A stretch of DNA of 49,626 bases from an uncultured bacterium (GTDB lineage Bacteria; Eisenbacteria; RBG-16-71-46; DASYSL01), in the NCBI GenBank assembly GCA_964386525.1, contig CAYLSO010000008.1:1-49626 (forward strand), given 5' to 3'. Below are positions 1 through 7,582 of this stretch, one piece after another. Each line of letters starts with the position of its first letter. Position 1 is the stretch's first letter. Position numbers and translations under genes: made by a program. Under the pieces are notes generated by a model that was given only the letters and a program-made list of their open reading frames with translations, searched no databases and was not told where the DNA came from.

Positions 1-1652
1 AGCACGCCCTGGTGCTGGCGCAACGGCTCGGCGGGAGCGCCGCCGCGCACCGGGCGCTGGAGGAGGTCGAGTATCGCTGGAACGAGATGCTCGGCGCGAT
101 CGAGGTCGAGACCCCGGACGACTCGTTCGACCTGGTCATGAACCGCTGGCTGCTCTACCAGGCGGTGAGCTCGAGGCTGTGGGGCCGCACCGGATTCTTC
201 CAGCCGGGGGGCGCATACGGCTTCCGCGACCAGCTGCAGGATGTGATGGCGCTCGGCTTCGCGCGGCCGGACCTCTACCGCGAGCACCTGCTGCGCTGCG
301 CCGCCCGCCAGTTCAGCGAAGGGGACGTGCAGCACTGGTGGCACGAGCCCACGGGCCGCGGCGTGCGCAGCCGCTGCTCCGACGACCTGCTGTGGCTGCC
401 GTACGCGGTGGTCCACTATCTGAAGTGCACCGGCGACCGGGCCGTGCTCGACGTGCCCGTGGCCTTCCTGGAGGCGCCCGCGCTCCTGCCCGGCGAGCTC
501 GAGGCCTACGGTCAACCCGCGGTGGCCGGCCAGGGCGGGACTCTCTACGAGCACTGCATCCGCGCCATCGAGGGCCGCTTGCCCATCGGCCCGCACGGTC
601 TCCCGCTGATCGGCACCGGGGACTGGAATGACGGCATGAACCGGGTCGGGCATCAGGGCCGCGGCGAGAGCGTGTGGCTGGGCTGGTTCCTCTCGAAGAT
701 CCTGCACGACTTCGCCGCCATCGTGGACGCGCGCGGGGACCCCGAGCGCGCCGCCCGCTGGCGCGGCGAACGCGAGCGGATGGGCGCCATGCTCGAGCAG
801 GCGTGGGACGGCGCCTGGTATCGCCGCGCCTACTGCGACGACGGCACCCCGCTGGGCTCCGCCCAGGCCCAGGAATGCCGGATCGATGCGATCTCGCAGA
901 GCTGGGCCGTGCTCTCCGGCGCCGCGCCGCTGGCCCGCGCCGAGCGCGCCATGGACGCGGTTCGCATGCAGCTGGTGCGGCGCGACGCCGGCGTGATCCA
1001 GCTGCTCGCGCCGCCCTTCGACCAGTCGCCGCTCGACCCCGGGTACATCAAGGGCTACGTGCCGGGGGTGCGCGAGAACGGCGGCCAGTACACCCACGCC
1101 GCGCTCTGGACGGTGATGGCGATCGCGCATCTCGGCAGCGGCGACGAGGCGGTCGAGCTCTTCCACATGCTGAATCCGATCAACCACACCCGCACCCCTG
1201 CCGACGTCGACCGCTACAAGGTGGAGCCCTACGTGGTGGCGGCCGATGTCTACACTCACCCGGCGCACATCGGCCGCGGCGGCTGGACCTGGTACACCGG
1301 CTCGGCCGCCTGGATGTACCGGCTCGGGCTCGAGTCGATCCTCGGACTCAGGCGCCGGGGCCGGTGCTTTGCCATCGCACCGTGCGTTCCCGGGTCGTGG
1401 GACGGCTTCGTCGTGCGGTGGCGCCATGGGCAGAGCCTCTACGAGATCAGCGTGGAGAATCCCGGGCGCCGGAGCCGCGGTGTCGCCGAAGCGGTGCTGG
1501 ACGGCGCCCGGGTCGACGCCCGGGCGATCCCGCTGGTCGACGACGGCGCGGTGCACCGACTGCGCGTGGTGATGGGCGAGCCCACGCCCGAGGTCACCCC
1601 GCTGCCGGCGGTCGAAAGCCGGCTTTCATTGGGGAATCCGCGGGAGATCTGA
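1..1652 (+). CDS. GH94-family glucan phosphorylase / cyclic beta-1,2-glucan synthase-like protein, C-terminal catalytic part (5' end outside window)
   Basis: The frame is open from base 3 to the window edge. The 'M' at 12 in the ORF track is an internal GTG. The translation carries [21 protein letters not shown] and [12 protein letters not shown], which are typical of the GH94 (alpha/alpha)6 catalytic domain (NdvB/ChvB, cellobiose phosphorylase). Confidence 0.8.
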   Translation, partial: HALVLAQRLGGSAAAHRALEEVEYRWNEMLGAIEVETPDDSFDLVMNRWLLYQAVSSRLWGRTGFFQPGGAYGFRDQLQDVMALGFARPDLYREHLLRCAARQFSEGDVQHWWHEPTGRGVRSRCSDDLLWLPYAVVHYLKCTGDRAVLDVPVAFLEAPALLPGELEAYGQPAVAGQGGTLYEHCIRAIEGRLPIGPHGLPLIGTGDWNDGMNRVGHQGRGESVWLGWFLSKILHDFAAIVDARGDPERAARWRGERERMGAMLEQAWDGAWYRRAYCDDGTPLGSAQAQECRIDAISQSWAVLSGAAPLARAERAMDAVRMQLVRRDAGVIQLLAPPFDQSPLDPGYIKGYVPGVRENGGQYTHAALWTVMAIAHLGSGDEAVELFHMLNPINHTRTPADVDRYKVEPYVVAADVYTHPAHIGRGGWTWYTGSAAWMYRLGLESILGLRRRGRCFAIAPCVPGSWDGFVVRWRHGQSLYEISVENPGRRSRGVAEAVLDGARVDARAIPLVDDGAVHRLRVVMGEPTPEVTPLPAVESRLSLGNPREI

Positions 1653-1755
1653 GCGGCGCGGGCTTCGCGGCGGGGTGACTAGCTTTCTTCCGGGGTTCGG
1701 TCTATACTGGCTTTCGTCTTCGGTTGCCTGTCGATGTGTCGTCGACGTCCAGATT

Positions 1756-1784
1756 CCGCCAGAGACCTTTCTGGCGGTTTTTTG
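1756..1784 (+). terminator. Intrinsic terminator-like hairpin plus U-tract downstream of the GH94 gene and inside the cspA upstream region
   Basis: Stem CCGCCAG (1756-1762) pairs with CTGGCGG (1771-1777) around an 8-nt loop. It is followed directly by TTTTTT (1778-1783). Confidence 0.6.
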
Positions 1785-1896
1785 TTGGTCGGCCACCCGC
1801 GATCGATCGAAGCAACGGTCACGGAGACCGGACGTCGCCGCGACGTGATACGCGGCAAGTGCGGGTCTTCGGACCCGGATACAACAGGAGTTTCAA

Positions 1897-2097
1897 GTGG
1901 CTAGTGGCACCGTGAAGTGGTTCAACGAGGCGAAGGGCTTTGGCTTCATCTCCCAGACGGACGGCGAGGACGTGTTCGTCCACTTCTCCGCCATCGCCGG
2001 CGACGGGTTCAAGACGCTCGCCGAGGGCGAGGCCCTCGAGTTCGACGTGACGCGCGGCCCGAAGGGGCTACAGGCGGCGAACGTCCGCAAGGCCTAA
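1897..2097 (+). CDS. cspA: Cold-shock protein (CspA family, CSD)
   Basis: 66 aa reading [18 protein letters not shown]...VFVHFSAI, so both RNP1 and RNP2 motifs are present. GTG start with AGGAG 6 nt upstream (1886-1890). Confidence 0.95.
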   Translation: MASGTVKWFNEAKGFGFISQTDGEDVFVHFSAIAGDGFKTLAEGEALEFDVTRGPKGLQAANVRKA

Positions 2098-2126
2098 GAC
2101 GCCCGAGGCACCACCTCGCGCCGGGG

Positions 2127-2165
2127 GGGGCGGCGTCCGCAAGGACGCCGCCCCTGGCGTTTTCC
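2127..2165 (+). terminator. Intrinsic terminator of cspA
   Basis: Perfect 12-bp stem GGGGCGGCGTCC / GGACGCCGCCCC with a GCAA tetraloop (2127-2154), followed by TGGCGTTTTCC. Confidence 0.8.
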
Positions 2166-2595
2166 ATCGGGCTCCTGCAGATGCGACCTCCTTCCCGGTC
2201 GAGGCGATGGCGCCCCGTCCAGTTGGGCGATTCGGGCCGGGCCCGGCGGGCGCCCCGACGATTCGGCTTCGCCCACGCCCCCCGGGGTGTTAGAGTCCTC
2301 GCCGCGAAGCACCCCGCCTCTTCGCGGCTTCCCCCGGGAAGCCGATAGCGCGCGTTCCTGCTTTCCGGCCGGCAAAGGACCGCGCCTCCAGCTCCGGAAC
2401 GGCCGCGAGACCCACCCTCGCGCACCCCGAATGCGCCCGTGGGGTTCGCCCCGCAGACGGCCCCGCCAGGCAGCCGTCTCCTGCGGGTGCGCGACGTCTC
2501 CCACGAGGTCGTCCGGAGGGCGGGGGTCGTGCGGTGAACCGGAGCGGAAACAGACAAAGCGGCACCGGCAGCGCGCCGGCGCCAAGGAGGCCACC

Positions 2596-2964
2596 ATGAA
2601 GCACATCAGCGTCAAGCAAGTAGGTCCGGTCGTGGTGCTCAAGCCGCGCGGCAACCTCATGGGCGGGAATGAATGCGATGAGTTGCGGATGGCCGCCGAG
2701 GAGGCCGGGAAGCAGGGCCCCCTGAGCCTGGTGATCGACCTACAGGGGGTCGAGTACATCAATTCCAGCGGGATCGGCGAATTGGTGGGGCTCTACACGA
2801 GCTACAAGAAGCGCGGCGGCGGGGCGGTCCTCGCCAATCTCCACAAGAAGGTGAAGGACCTCCTCGTCCTTCTCCACCTGGTACGCGTCTTCGACATCTA
2901 CGAGAGCGAGGAGGAGGCTGTCGCGAGCTTTGCGGCCGCACGGCCCGAGCCCCAGGCCTCCTAG
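2596..2964 (+). CDS. STAS-domain anti-sigma-factor antagonist (SpoIIAA/RsbV-like)
   Basis: ATG at 2596 preceded by AAGGAGG (2584-2590). The sequence (LDLQGVEYINSSGIGELVGL...) matches the STAS fold with a conserved Ser in INSSGIG. The in-frame stretch upstream (2287-2595) is R/P/S-rich and looks non-coding. Confidence 0.85.
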   Translation: MKHISVKQVGPVVVLKPRGNLMGGNECDELRMAAEEAGKQGPLSLVIDLQGVEYINSSGIGELVGLYTSYKKRGGGAVLANLHKKVKDLLVLLHLVRVFDIYESEEEAVASFAAARPEPQAS

Positions 2965-3113
2965 CGGACGGGGCGGCGGCCTGATTCGCACCGCCGGCCG
3001 ACCGCCGAACGGAACTGCGACCCCGTCGCCCGGTGGCCCACCGTCCGGGGGGCTTCGTCGGGCACCGGTCCCGTCTCTGCGGTTCGGTGGTGCTAAACGG
3101 ACTTTACCTAGAC

Positions 3114-3136
3114 TTGTATGACGCCCGTCATATAAT
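3114..3136 (+). promoter_or_regulatory. Candidate promoter for the 3242 gene: perfect TATAAT overlapped by a palindrome
   Basis: TATAAT at 3131-3136 sits in an AT-rich island within about 70% GC DNA. The near-perfect palindrome TATGACG-CC-CGTCATA (3117-3132) overlaps it. There is no well-spaced -35: TTGTAT at 3114 is only 11 nt away. Confidence 0.35.
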
Positions 3137-3241
3137 TCGCTGGCCTTCGACCGCGCCAACCCCCATCATCATCGGTCAAGCCATCCTGGCGCTCGGCGGC
3201 AGGCGCCGAAGCCTCACCCGGTGGCGTGAAGGGAGTCGCTT

Positions 3242-3949
3242 ATGTATCGCAACGTTACTCGGATGGCCGCAATCGCCGGGGCGATCGTACTGCTCGGCCT
3301 CGCTGCCGCTTCCACGGCCGGAGCCTATTCCCTGCGCATCCCGCAGGTGACCATCGGAAGCTCGTCCGAAACCACCCTGCAGGCCTATCTCAACGGCGTC
3401 GGCGAGAGCATCACCGTCGCCACCGACCAGGCGGACGTGCAGGTGCTGACCACGGACGTCTCCGGGAACGTCCTGTTCACGCTGATGCTCGAGATCGCCG
3501 GCAACGCCAACGGCAACGCGATCGGCATCTACAACGCGGATCAGGCGATTCCCGCCACGTTCCCGGTCTTCCCCGGCAGCGCCGGGCCGGGCTACTTCGC
3601 CGTCGTTAGCTTCCAGTCGGGCGGCAACCTCGTGGTGAATCTCTTCAACAGCAGCGCCGGTCTCGTCAGCTCCAACTCCTACGGCGGCGTGAACGCCTCG
3701 GCCTTCGGCTTCTACCTCTCCGGCCCGGGCGGCACCTTCTACTCGGAGGACGGGCGCAACGCCGGCGGGGCCGCGCAGGCCCTCATGTTCGCGGGCACGG
3801 GAGTCAATTTCGGCCAGTGGTGGATGGCGTGGGAAGACCAGCAGGCCGGCGACCGCGACTTCAACGACGCGGTGCTCCTGCTCGAATCGGTGGCCCCGGT
3901 GCCGACGCAGACGAAGAGCTGGGGTGGTGTGAAGGCTTTGTACCGGTAA
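3242..3949 (+). CDS. Secreted DUF4114-domain protein with conserved ...SWGGVKALYR C-terminal tail
   Basis: GGGAG RBS at 3231-3235. Sec signal peptide (AGA/YS). DRDFNDAVLLL is the DUF4114 signature. The protein ends VAPVPTQTKSWGGVKALYR. Confidence 0.85.
   Translation: MYRNVTRMAAIAGAIVLLGLAAASTAGAYSLRIPQVTIGSSSETTLQAYLNGVGESITVATDQADVQVLTTDVSGNVLFTLMLEIAGNANGNAIGIYNADQAIPATFPVFPGSAGPGYFAVVSFQSGGNLVVNLFNSSAGLVSSNSYGGVNASAFGFYLSGPGGTFYSEDGRNAGGAAQALMFAGTGVNFGQWWMAWEDQQAGDRDFNDAVLLLESVAPVPTQTKSWGGVKALYR
3890..3946 (+). other. Coding segment for conserved C-terminal tag, copy 1 (VAPVPTQTKSWGGVKALYR-COOH)
   Basis: The last 19 codons share the pattern VPV..[ST][WL]G.[VL]K.[LT]YR with the C-termini of the genes ending at 5924 and 22410. 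Confidence 0.55.
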
Positions 3950-3974
3950 TCGCCGCAAGCTTCGCGACTCGGAG

Positions 3975-4011
3975 CCGGCGCTGGCGCGACCCGCCAGCGC
4001 CGGTTTGTCTT
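3975..4011 (+). terminator. Intrinsic terminator between convergent genes
   Basis: Perfect 12-bp stem CCGGCGCTGGCG / CGCCAGCGCCGG with a 5-nt loop (3975-4003), followed by TTTGTCTT. Confidence 0.75.
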
Positions 4012-4024
4012 CCCCCCCGGGGGC

Positions 4025-4780
4025 TTAGAACCGGACGCCGGCGCCGAAGGTCAAGCTGGTGCGGTCCAGCGAGTACTTGCTGCTCGGGAAGTAGACCTGG
4101 ATGTTGCCGATGCCGTTGCGCACGTCGTAGGGGCCGTAGCTCATCTCCCCGGCGTACCAGTACTGCGCCGCCGCCTCGGCGAAGAACCGCGAGCGCAGCG
4201 GCCAGGTGGCCGCGCCCTCCGCCAGGAAGCCGAACCGGGTGTCGGAGTTGCCCGGGAACTCGGTCCAGTCGTCGCGGGCCCGCACCTCGGCGCTGGTGAG
4301 CGCCGGCCCGAGACCGATCCGCACCACGGAACCCAGCGGCCGGTAGGCGATCAGCGCCGCGTAGCGCGTGGACGAGGCTTCGAGGGAGAGCTGCACGCGG
4401 TAGAGGACTTGCCGCACGCCGTAGGCGCTCACCTCCTCTTCGCCGCGTACGAGGCCGCGCACCTCCCATTCCGGAGCCAGGGCGTAGCCTAGGGCGACGC
4501 CGTACGCCCAGCGCCCGCCCTCGCTGACCGGGGTCGGGCGCGACTGGTCGCCGCCGCTGCCGTCCGCCAGCGGGAAGTAGTCGTCGGCCAGCGTGGCGGC
4601 ACGCAGCGCGCTCTCGAAATCCTGCCCCGGATTGCCCAGGTTGACGCTCCCGAAGAGGGTCAGGCTGACGCGCTGGTCTTCGGGCAGCGGCCCGGCGGCG
4701 CCGGCCGCTGCCGCGGGCAGACCCGCCAGCAGCGCCACCCCGGCACCCACGGCGATCCACCTCACACTGCGGGCACGCAT
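4025..4780 (-). CDS. Outer-membrane beta-barrel protein (OmpA-like / OmpW-like barrel family)
   Basis: AAGGAG RBS and a signal peptide (AAAGAAG). Alternating amphipathic strands rich in Y/G/A, with a C-terminal ...FGAGVRF ending in Phe (OMP beta-signal). Confidence 0.8.
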   Translation of the reverse strand: MRARSVRWIAVGAGVALLAGLPAAAAGAAGPLPEDQRVSLTLFGSVNLGNPGQDFESALRAATLADDYFPLADGSGGDQSRPTPVSEGGRWAYGVALGYALAPEWEVRGLVRGEEEVSAYGVRQVLYRVQLSLEASSTRYAALIAYRPLGSVVRIGLGPALTSAEVRARDDWTEFPGNSDTRFGFLAEGAATWPLRSRFFAEAAAQYWYAGEMSYGPYDVRNGIGNIQVYFPSSKYSLDRTSLTFGAGVRF

Positions 4781-5090
4781 GGGTTTGCCACTCCTTCCTC
4801 ACGGCTGGTGGTCGACACGGCGGCTACGAAAAGCGCGGCGCCGGGCAGTGCCGGTGCGCCGCGATCGCGAAGGCGGGGAGAACCAGTCATCGGACGTCCT
4901 CAGTGGGCGGCGCTGCGGAGCCGCCCCTGAGCCGTCCCGGTGTGGGCGGACGATAGCGCCGGTGCGGGCGCGACACAAGCGTCGGGTCGGCACCGTGTTG
5001 CGGCCGCGACGCCGGGGGCGCCTGCCGCCCGAGTTGCCTGACACCAAACTCGAGGATTTCGGCCAAGTCGGGCTCCGGGTCGATTCGCAG

Positions 5091-5119
5091 TTGTTGACGC
5101 CCCCCGGTCGGGCTAGAAT
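5091..5119 (+). promoter_or_regulatory. Candidate sigma70-type promoter of the 5172 gene
   Basis: TTGTTG (5091-5096), a 17-nt spacer, then TAGAAT (5114-5119), about 50 nt upstream of the AGGAGG RBS. Confidence 0.35.
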
Positions 5120-5171
5120 CCCATCGCTTACCGGGCCGCACTCTCCACCCATCTCCCAACAGGAGGTCACC

Positions 5172-5924
5172 ATGAGAAACGTTGCGACCATTGCTCTCAC
5201 GGCGGTCGTGGCATCCCTGGCCGTCGTCTCGCTCTGCTCCGTCGCCGGCGCCCAGGTGCCGTTGACGGGGTACGGCGTTCCGGCCGCCGAGAACTTCAAC
5301 ACGCTGGCTTCGACGGGCACCAGCTCGGTCGTGCCGACCGGTTGGGCGTTCCTGGAGACCGGTACCAACGCCAACGCCTTGTACTCGGCGGGCACCGGCA
5401 GCAACAACGCCGCGGATACCTACAGCTTCGGCGCGGCCCTGAGCGCGGAGCGCGCGTTCGGCGGGCTGCGCAGCGGCACTCTCGTCCCCACCATCGGCGC
5501 GTCGTTCGTGAACAGCATCGGCGGACCCATCGGCCGGCTCGACATCGAGTACGTCGGCGAGGAGTGGCGTCTCGGCACTCTCGGCCGCCTGGACAAGCTG
5601 GATTTCCAGTACAGCCTCAATGCCGTGAGCCTCAACACGGGCACCTGGACCGACGTGGACGCGCTGGACTTCATCGCGCCCGTGACGGGACCAACGATCG
5701 GCGCGTTGGACGGCAACGCCGCCGCCAACCGCACGCTGATCTCGGCGGCCATCTCGGGGCTATCGCTCGCACCGACCGCAGTGATCTGGATCCGCTGGAC
5801 GGACTTCGACGGGACCGGCGCCGACGACGGTCTCGGCGTGGACGATTTCCAGATCATCCCGCGCGAGCCGCCGGTGCCGGTGGTACCCGTCACGCTGGGC
5901 GCGGTGAAGGGCACGTATCGGTAG
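5172..5924 (+). CDS. Secreted hypothetical protein with conserved ...TLGAVKGTYR C-terminal tail
   Basis: ATG at 5172 with AGGAGG at 5161-5166. Signal peptide (VAGA/QV). The mature part is beta-rich (ENFNTLASTGTSS..PTGW...). It ends REPPVPVVPVTLGAVKGTYR. The upstream part of the tracked ORF (4593-5171) is R/P-rich and non-coding. Confidence 0.85.
   Translation: MRNVATIALTAVVASLAVVSLCSVAGAQVPLTGYGVPAAENFNTLASTGTSSVVPTGWAFLETGTNANALYSAGTGSNNAADTYSFGAALSAERAFGGLRSGTLVPTIGASFVNSIGGPIGRLDIEYVGEEWRLGTLGRLDKLDFQYSLNAVSLNTGTWTDVDALDFIAPVTGPTIGALDGNAAANRTLISAAISGLSLAPTAVIWIRWTDFDGTGADDGLGVDDFQIIPREPPVPVVPVTLGAVKGTYR
5868..5921 (+). other. Coding segment for conserved C-terminal tag, copy 2 (PPVPVVPVTLGAVKGTYR-COOH)
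   Basis: Same VPV...G.VK..YR-COOH pattern as copies 1 and 3. Confidence 0.5.
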
Positions 5925-5968
5925 CACGAACGGCGGACGCACCAGCGTCCACCGCCCTGCAAAGCACG

Positions 5969-6006
5969 GGCGCCGGGTCCCTCGGGATCCGGCGCTCGGT
6001 GTTTTC
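5969..6006 (+). terminator. Intrinsic terminator after the 5172 gene
   Basis: GGCGCCGGGTCCC / GGGATCCGGCGC stem with one G-U pair and a TCG loop, followed by TCGGTGTTTTC. Confidence 0.7.
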
Positions 6007-6049
6007 AGGCCAGGCAGGTGCGGCCGCGGCCGCGCGCGTCGGGACCCGA

Positions 6050-7081
6050 CTAGGTCCGCACCGGCTTCGGTGTGTTCTCGTTCGACGGCGGCAGGATGGG
6101 GTGGGTCACCTGCGGCTGCTCGCCGGTGAGCGCCTTGAGGAAGGCCACGACCTTGGCCGTCTCCTCCGGCGTCAGGGTGGCGTTGAGCTGCAGCTCGGCC
6201 ATGAGCTGCACGGCCTCGGCGATGGTCCAGCGGCTGCCGTCGTGCAGGTACGGCGCCGTCAACTGGACGTTGCGCAGCGTCGGGACCTTGAAGACCATCC
6301 TGTCCTTGGGATCCTTGGTGACGTCGAAGCGGCCTTGCGGCGAGGCCTTGGTCACGAACGGCTTGTAGACGCCGAATTTCTGGAAGGAACCGTTGCCCAC
6401 GCCCGGGCCGTTGTGGCAACTCGTGCAGCCCTTGTCCTTGAAGAGCTTGTAGCCCTCCATCTCCTCGGCGGTCAGCGCCGTGTCATCGCCGTAGAGCCAC
6501 TTGTCGAAGCGCGAGTTCGGCGTCACCAGCGTGGACTCGAAGGCGGCGATGGCGTCCTGCACCTGGGCGATGGCGATGGTGTCGGTGCCGTAGACCCCCT
6601 TGAACAGCGCCACGTACTCCGGCATCGACTGCAGCACCTGGTCGGCCAGATCGTGCGTCGAGGCCATCTCGCCGGGGTTGGCGATCGGGCCGCCGGCCTG
6701 CTCGACGAGGTCCTTGGCGCGCCCGTCCCAGAACTGGGCGACGGCGTACTTGGCGTTGAGCACGGTGGGCGAATTGATCGGTCCGAGCTGCCACTTGTGG
6801 CCGATCGAGCTGGGCAGCCCGTCGCTGCCGCCGAGGCCGAGGTTGTGGCAGGAATTGCAGCTGATGAAGCCCGACTTCGACAGCCGCGGCTCGAAGAAGA
6901 GCATCCTGCCGAGGTCCACCTTGGCCGAGCTGGTCACCACCGCGGCCTCGATCGGGCCGATGGGCTCGTCGGCGTGGACCAGCTTCAGCTCCCCCTTGGC
7001 GGGGCCTTCCGCCTTCTGCTGCGGGGCGCAGCCGGCGACGACCAGCAGACAGCAGACGGCGAGCGCGGCCAGGATTCTCAT
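6050..7081 (-). CDS. ccp: Di-haem cytochrome c peroxidase (CCP/MauG family), probable lipoprotein
   Basis: Two CXXCH motifs (CNSCH, CTSCH), FKVPTLRNVQLTAPYLHDGS, and an N-terminal MRILAALAVCCLLVVAGC lipobox. ATG at 7081 with a GGAGGG RBS. The longer tracked ORF start (7207) lacks a signal peptide. Confidence 0.9.
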   Translation of the reverse strand: MRILAALAVCCLLVVAGCAPQQKAEGPAKGELKLVHADEPIGPIEAAVVTSSAKVDLGRMLFFEPRLSKSGFISCNSCHNLGLGGSDGLPSSIGHKWQLGPINSPTVLNAKYAVAQFWDGRAKDLVEQAGGPIANPGEMASTHDLADQVLQSMPEYVALFKGVYGTDTIAIAQVQDAIAAFESTLVTPNSRFDKWLYGDDTALTAEEMEGYKLFKDKGCTSCHNGPGVGNGSFQKFGVYKPFVTKASPQGRFDVTKDPKDRMVFKVPTLRNVQLTAPYLHDGSRWTIAEAVQLMAELQLNATLTPEETAKVVAFLKALTGEQPQVTHPILPPSNENTPKPVRT

Positions 7082-7261
7082 CGCTTCCCTCCTGTCGAGG
7101 CGGGTCCGGACCGTGAGCGGGGCGCGGCCGGACTCGCGGGCGGGTGTCGGACTCAATCGCGTGGCGCCGACGGCGCGCGGGGCCACGCCGGCGGCGGATG
7201 ACGGCATGGTGCCACGGGGGGCGGAAAAGGTGAAGCGGGGATTGGCCCGCCGCTCGCGGCC

Positions 7262-7435
7262 TCACCGCCCCAAGAGCCGGTTCACCCTCTCCACCGACAG
7301 GTGCGCCACCGCCTGCGGCTCGATCACCAGCCGCCGCAGGGCCACGCTGTCGCGCTGCGCTCCCGGCGTGGGCTCGATGCGGTACCCCCCGTGGCGCGCC
7401 AGGTACGTCCGCCGGAGCAGGGGAAGCGACAGCAA
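7262..7435 (-). CDS. Possible short ORF or gene remnant (57 aa, TTG start), unknown function
   Basis: Read by hand; it falls just under the shortest ORFs in the supplied track (60 aa). The frame gives ...LLSLPLLRRTYLARHGGYRIEPTPGAQRDSVALRRLVIEPQAVAHLSVERVNRLLGR*. Nearly every third codon position is G or C, as in the real genes here. There is no ATG or GTG and no clear RBS. Confidence 0.25.
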   Translation of the reverse strand: MLSLPLLRRTYLARHGGYRIEPTPGAQRDSVALRRLVIEPQAVAHLSVERVNRLLGR

Positions 7436-7582
7436 GCGGATGTGAAAGACGGTTCCGACGTCCCGGGAGGGCGTATCCGGGCCCGAACAGGGGTGTCTAG
7501 CGGTGTGGGCACGGGAGCCACGCCCCCCGTGCCCACGGAACGTCCGGCGCCGCCAGGCGCGGACGGTGAACCGCGAATCGTC

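Noticed and set aside
2287-2595. N-terminal 103-codon extension of the STAS ORF
   Set aside because: It is R/P/S/G-rich and shows no coding-like periodicity. A strong AAGGAGG RBS sits directly before the internal ATG at 2596, which yields a normal-length STAS protein.
5342-7201. 619-aa ORF on the + strand overlapping ccp
   Set aside because: It is antisense to a well-supported cytochrome c peroxidase gene. The translation is R/G/A/P/H-rich low complexity, which is typical of spurious antisense ORFs in high-GC DNA.
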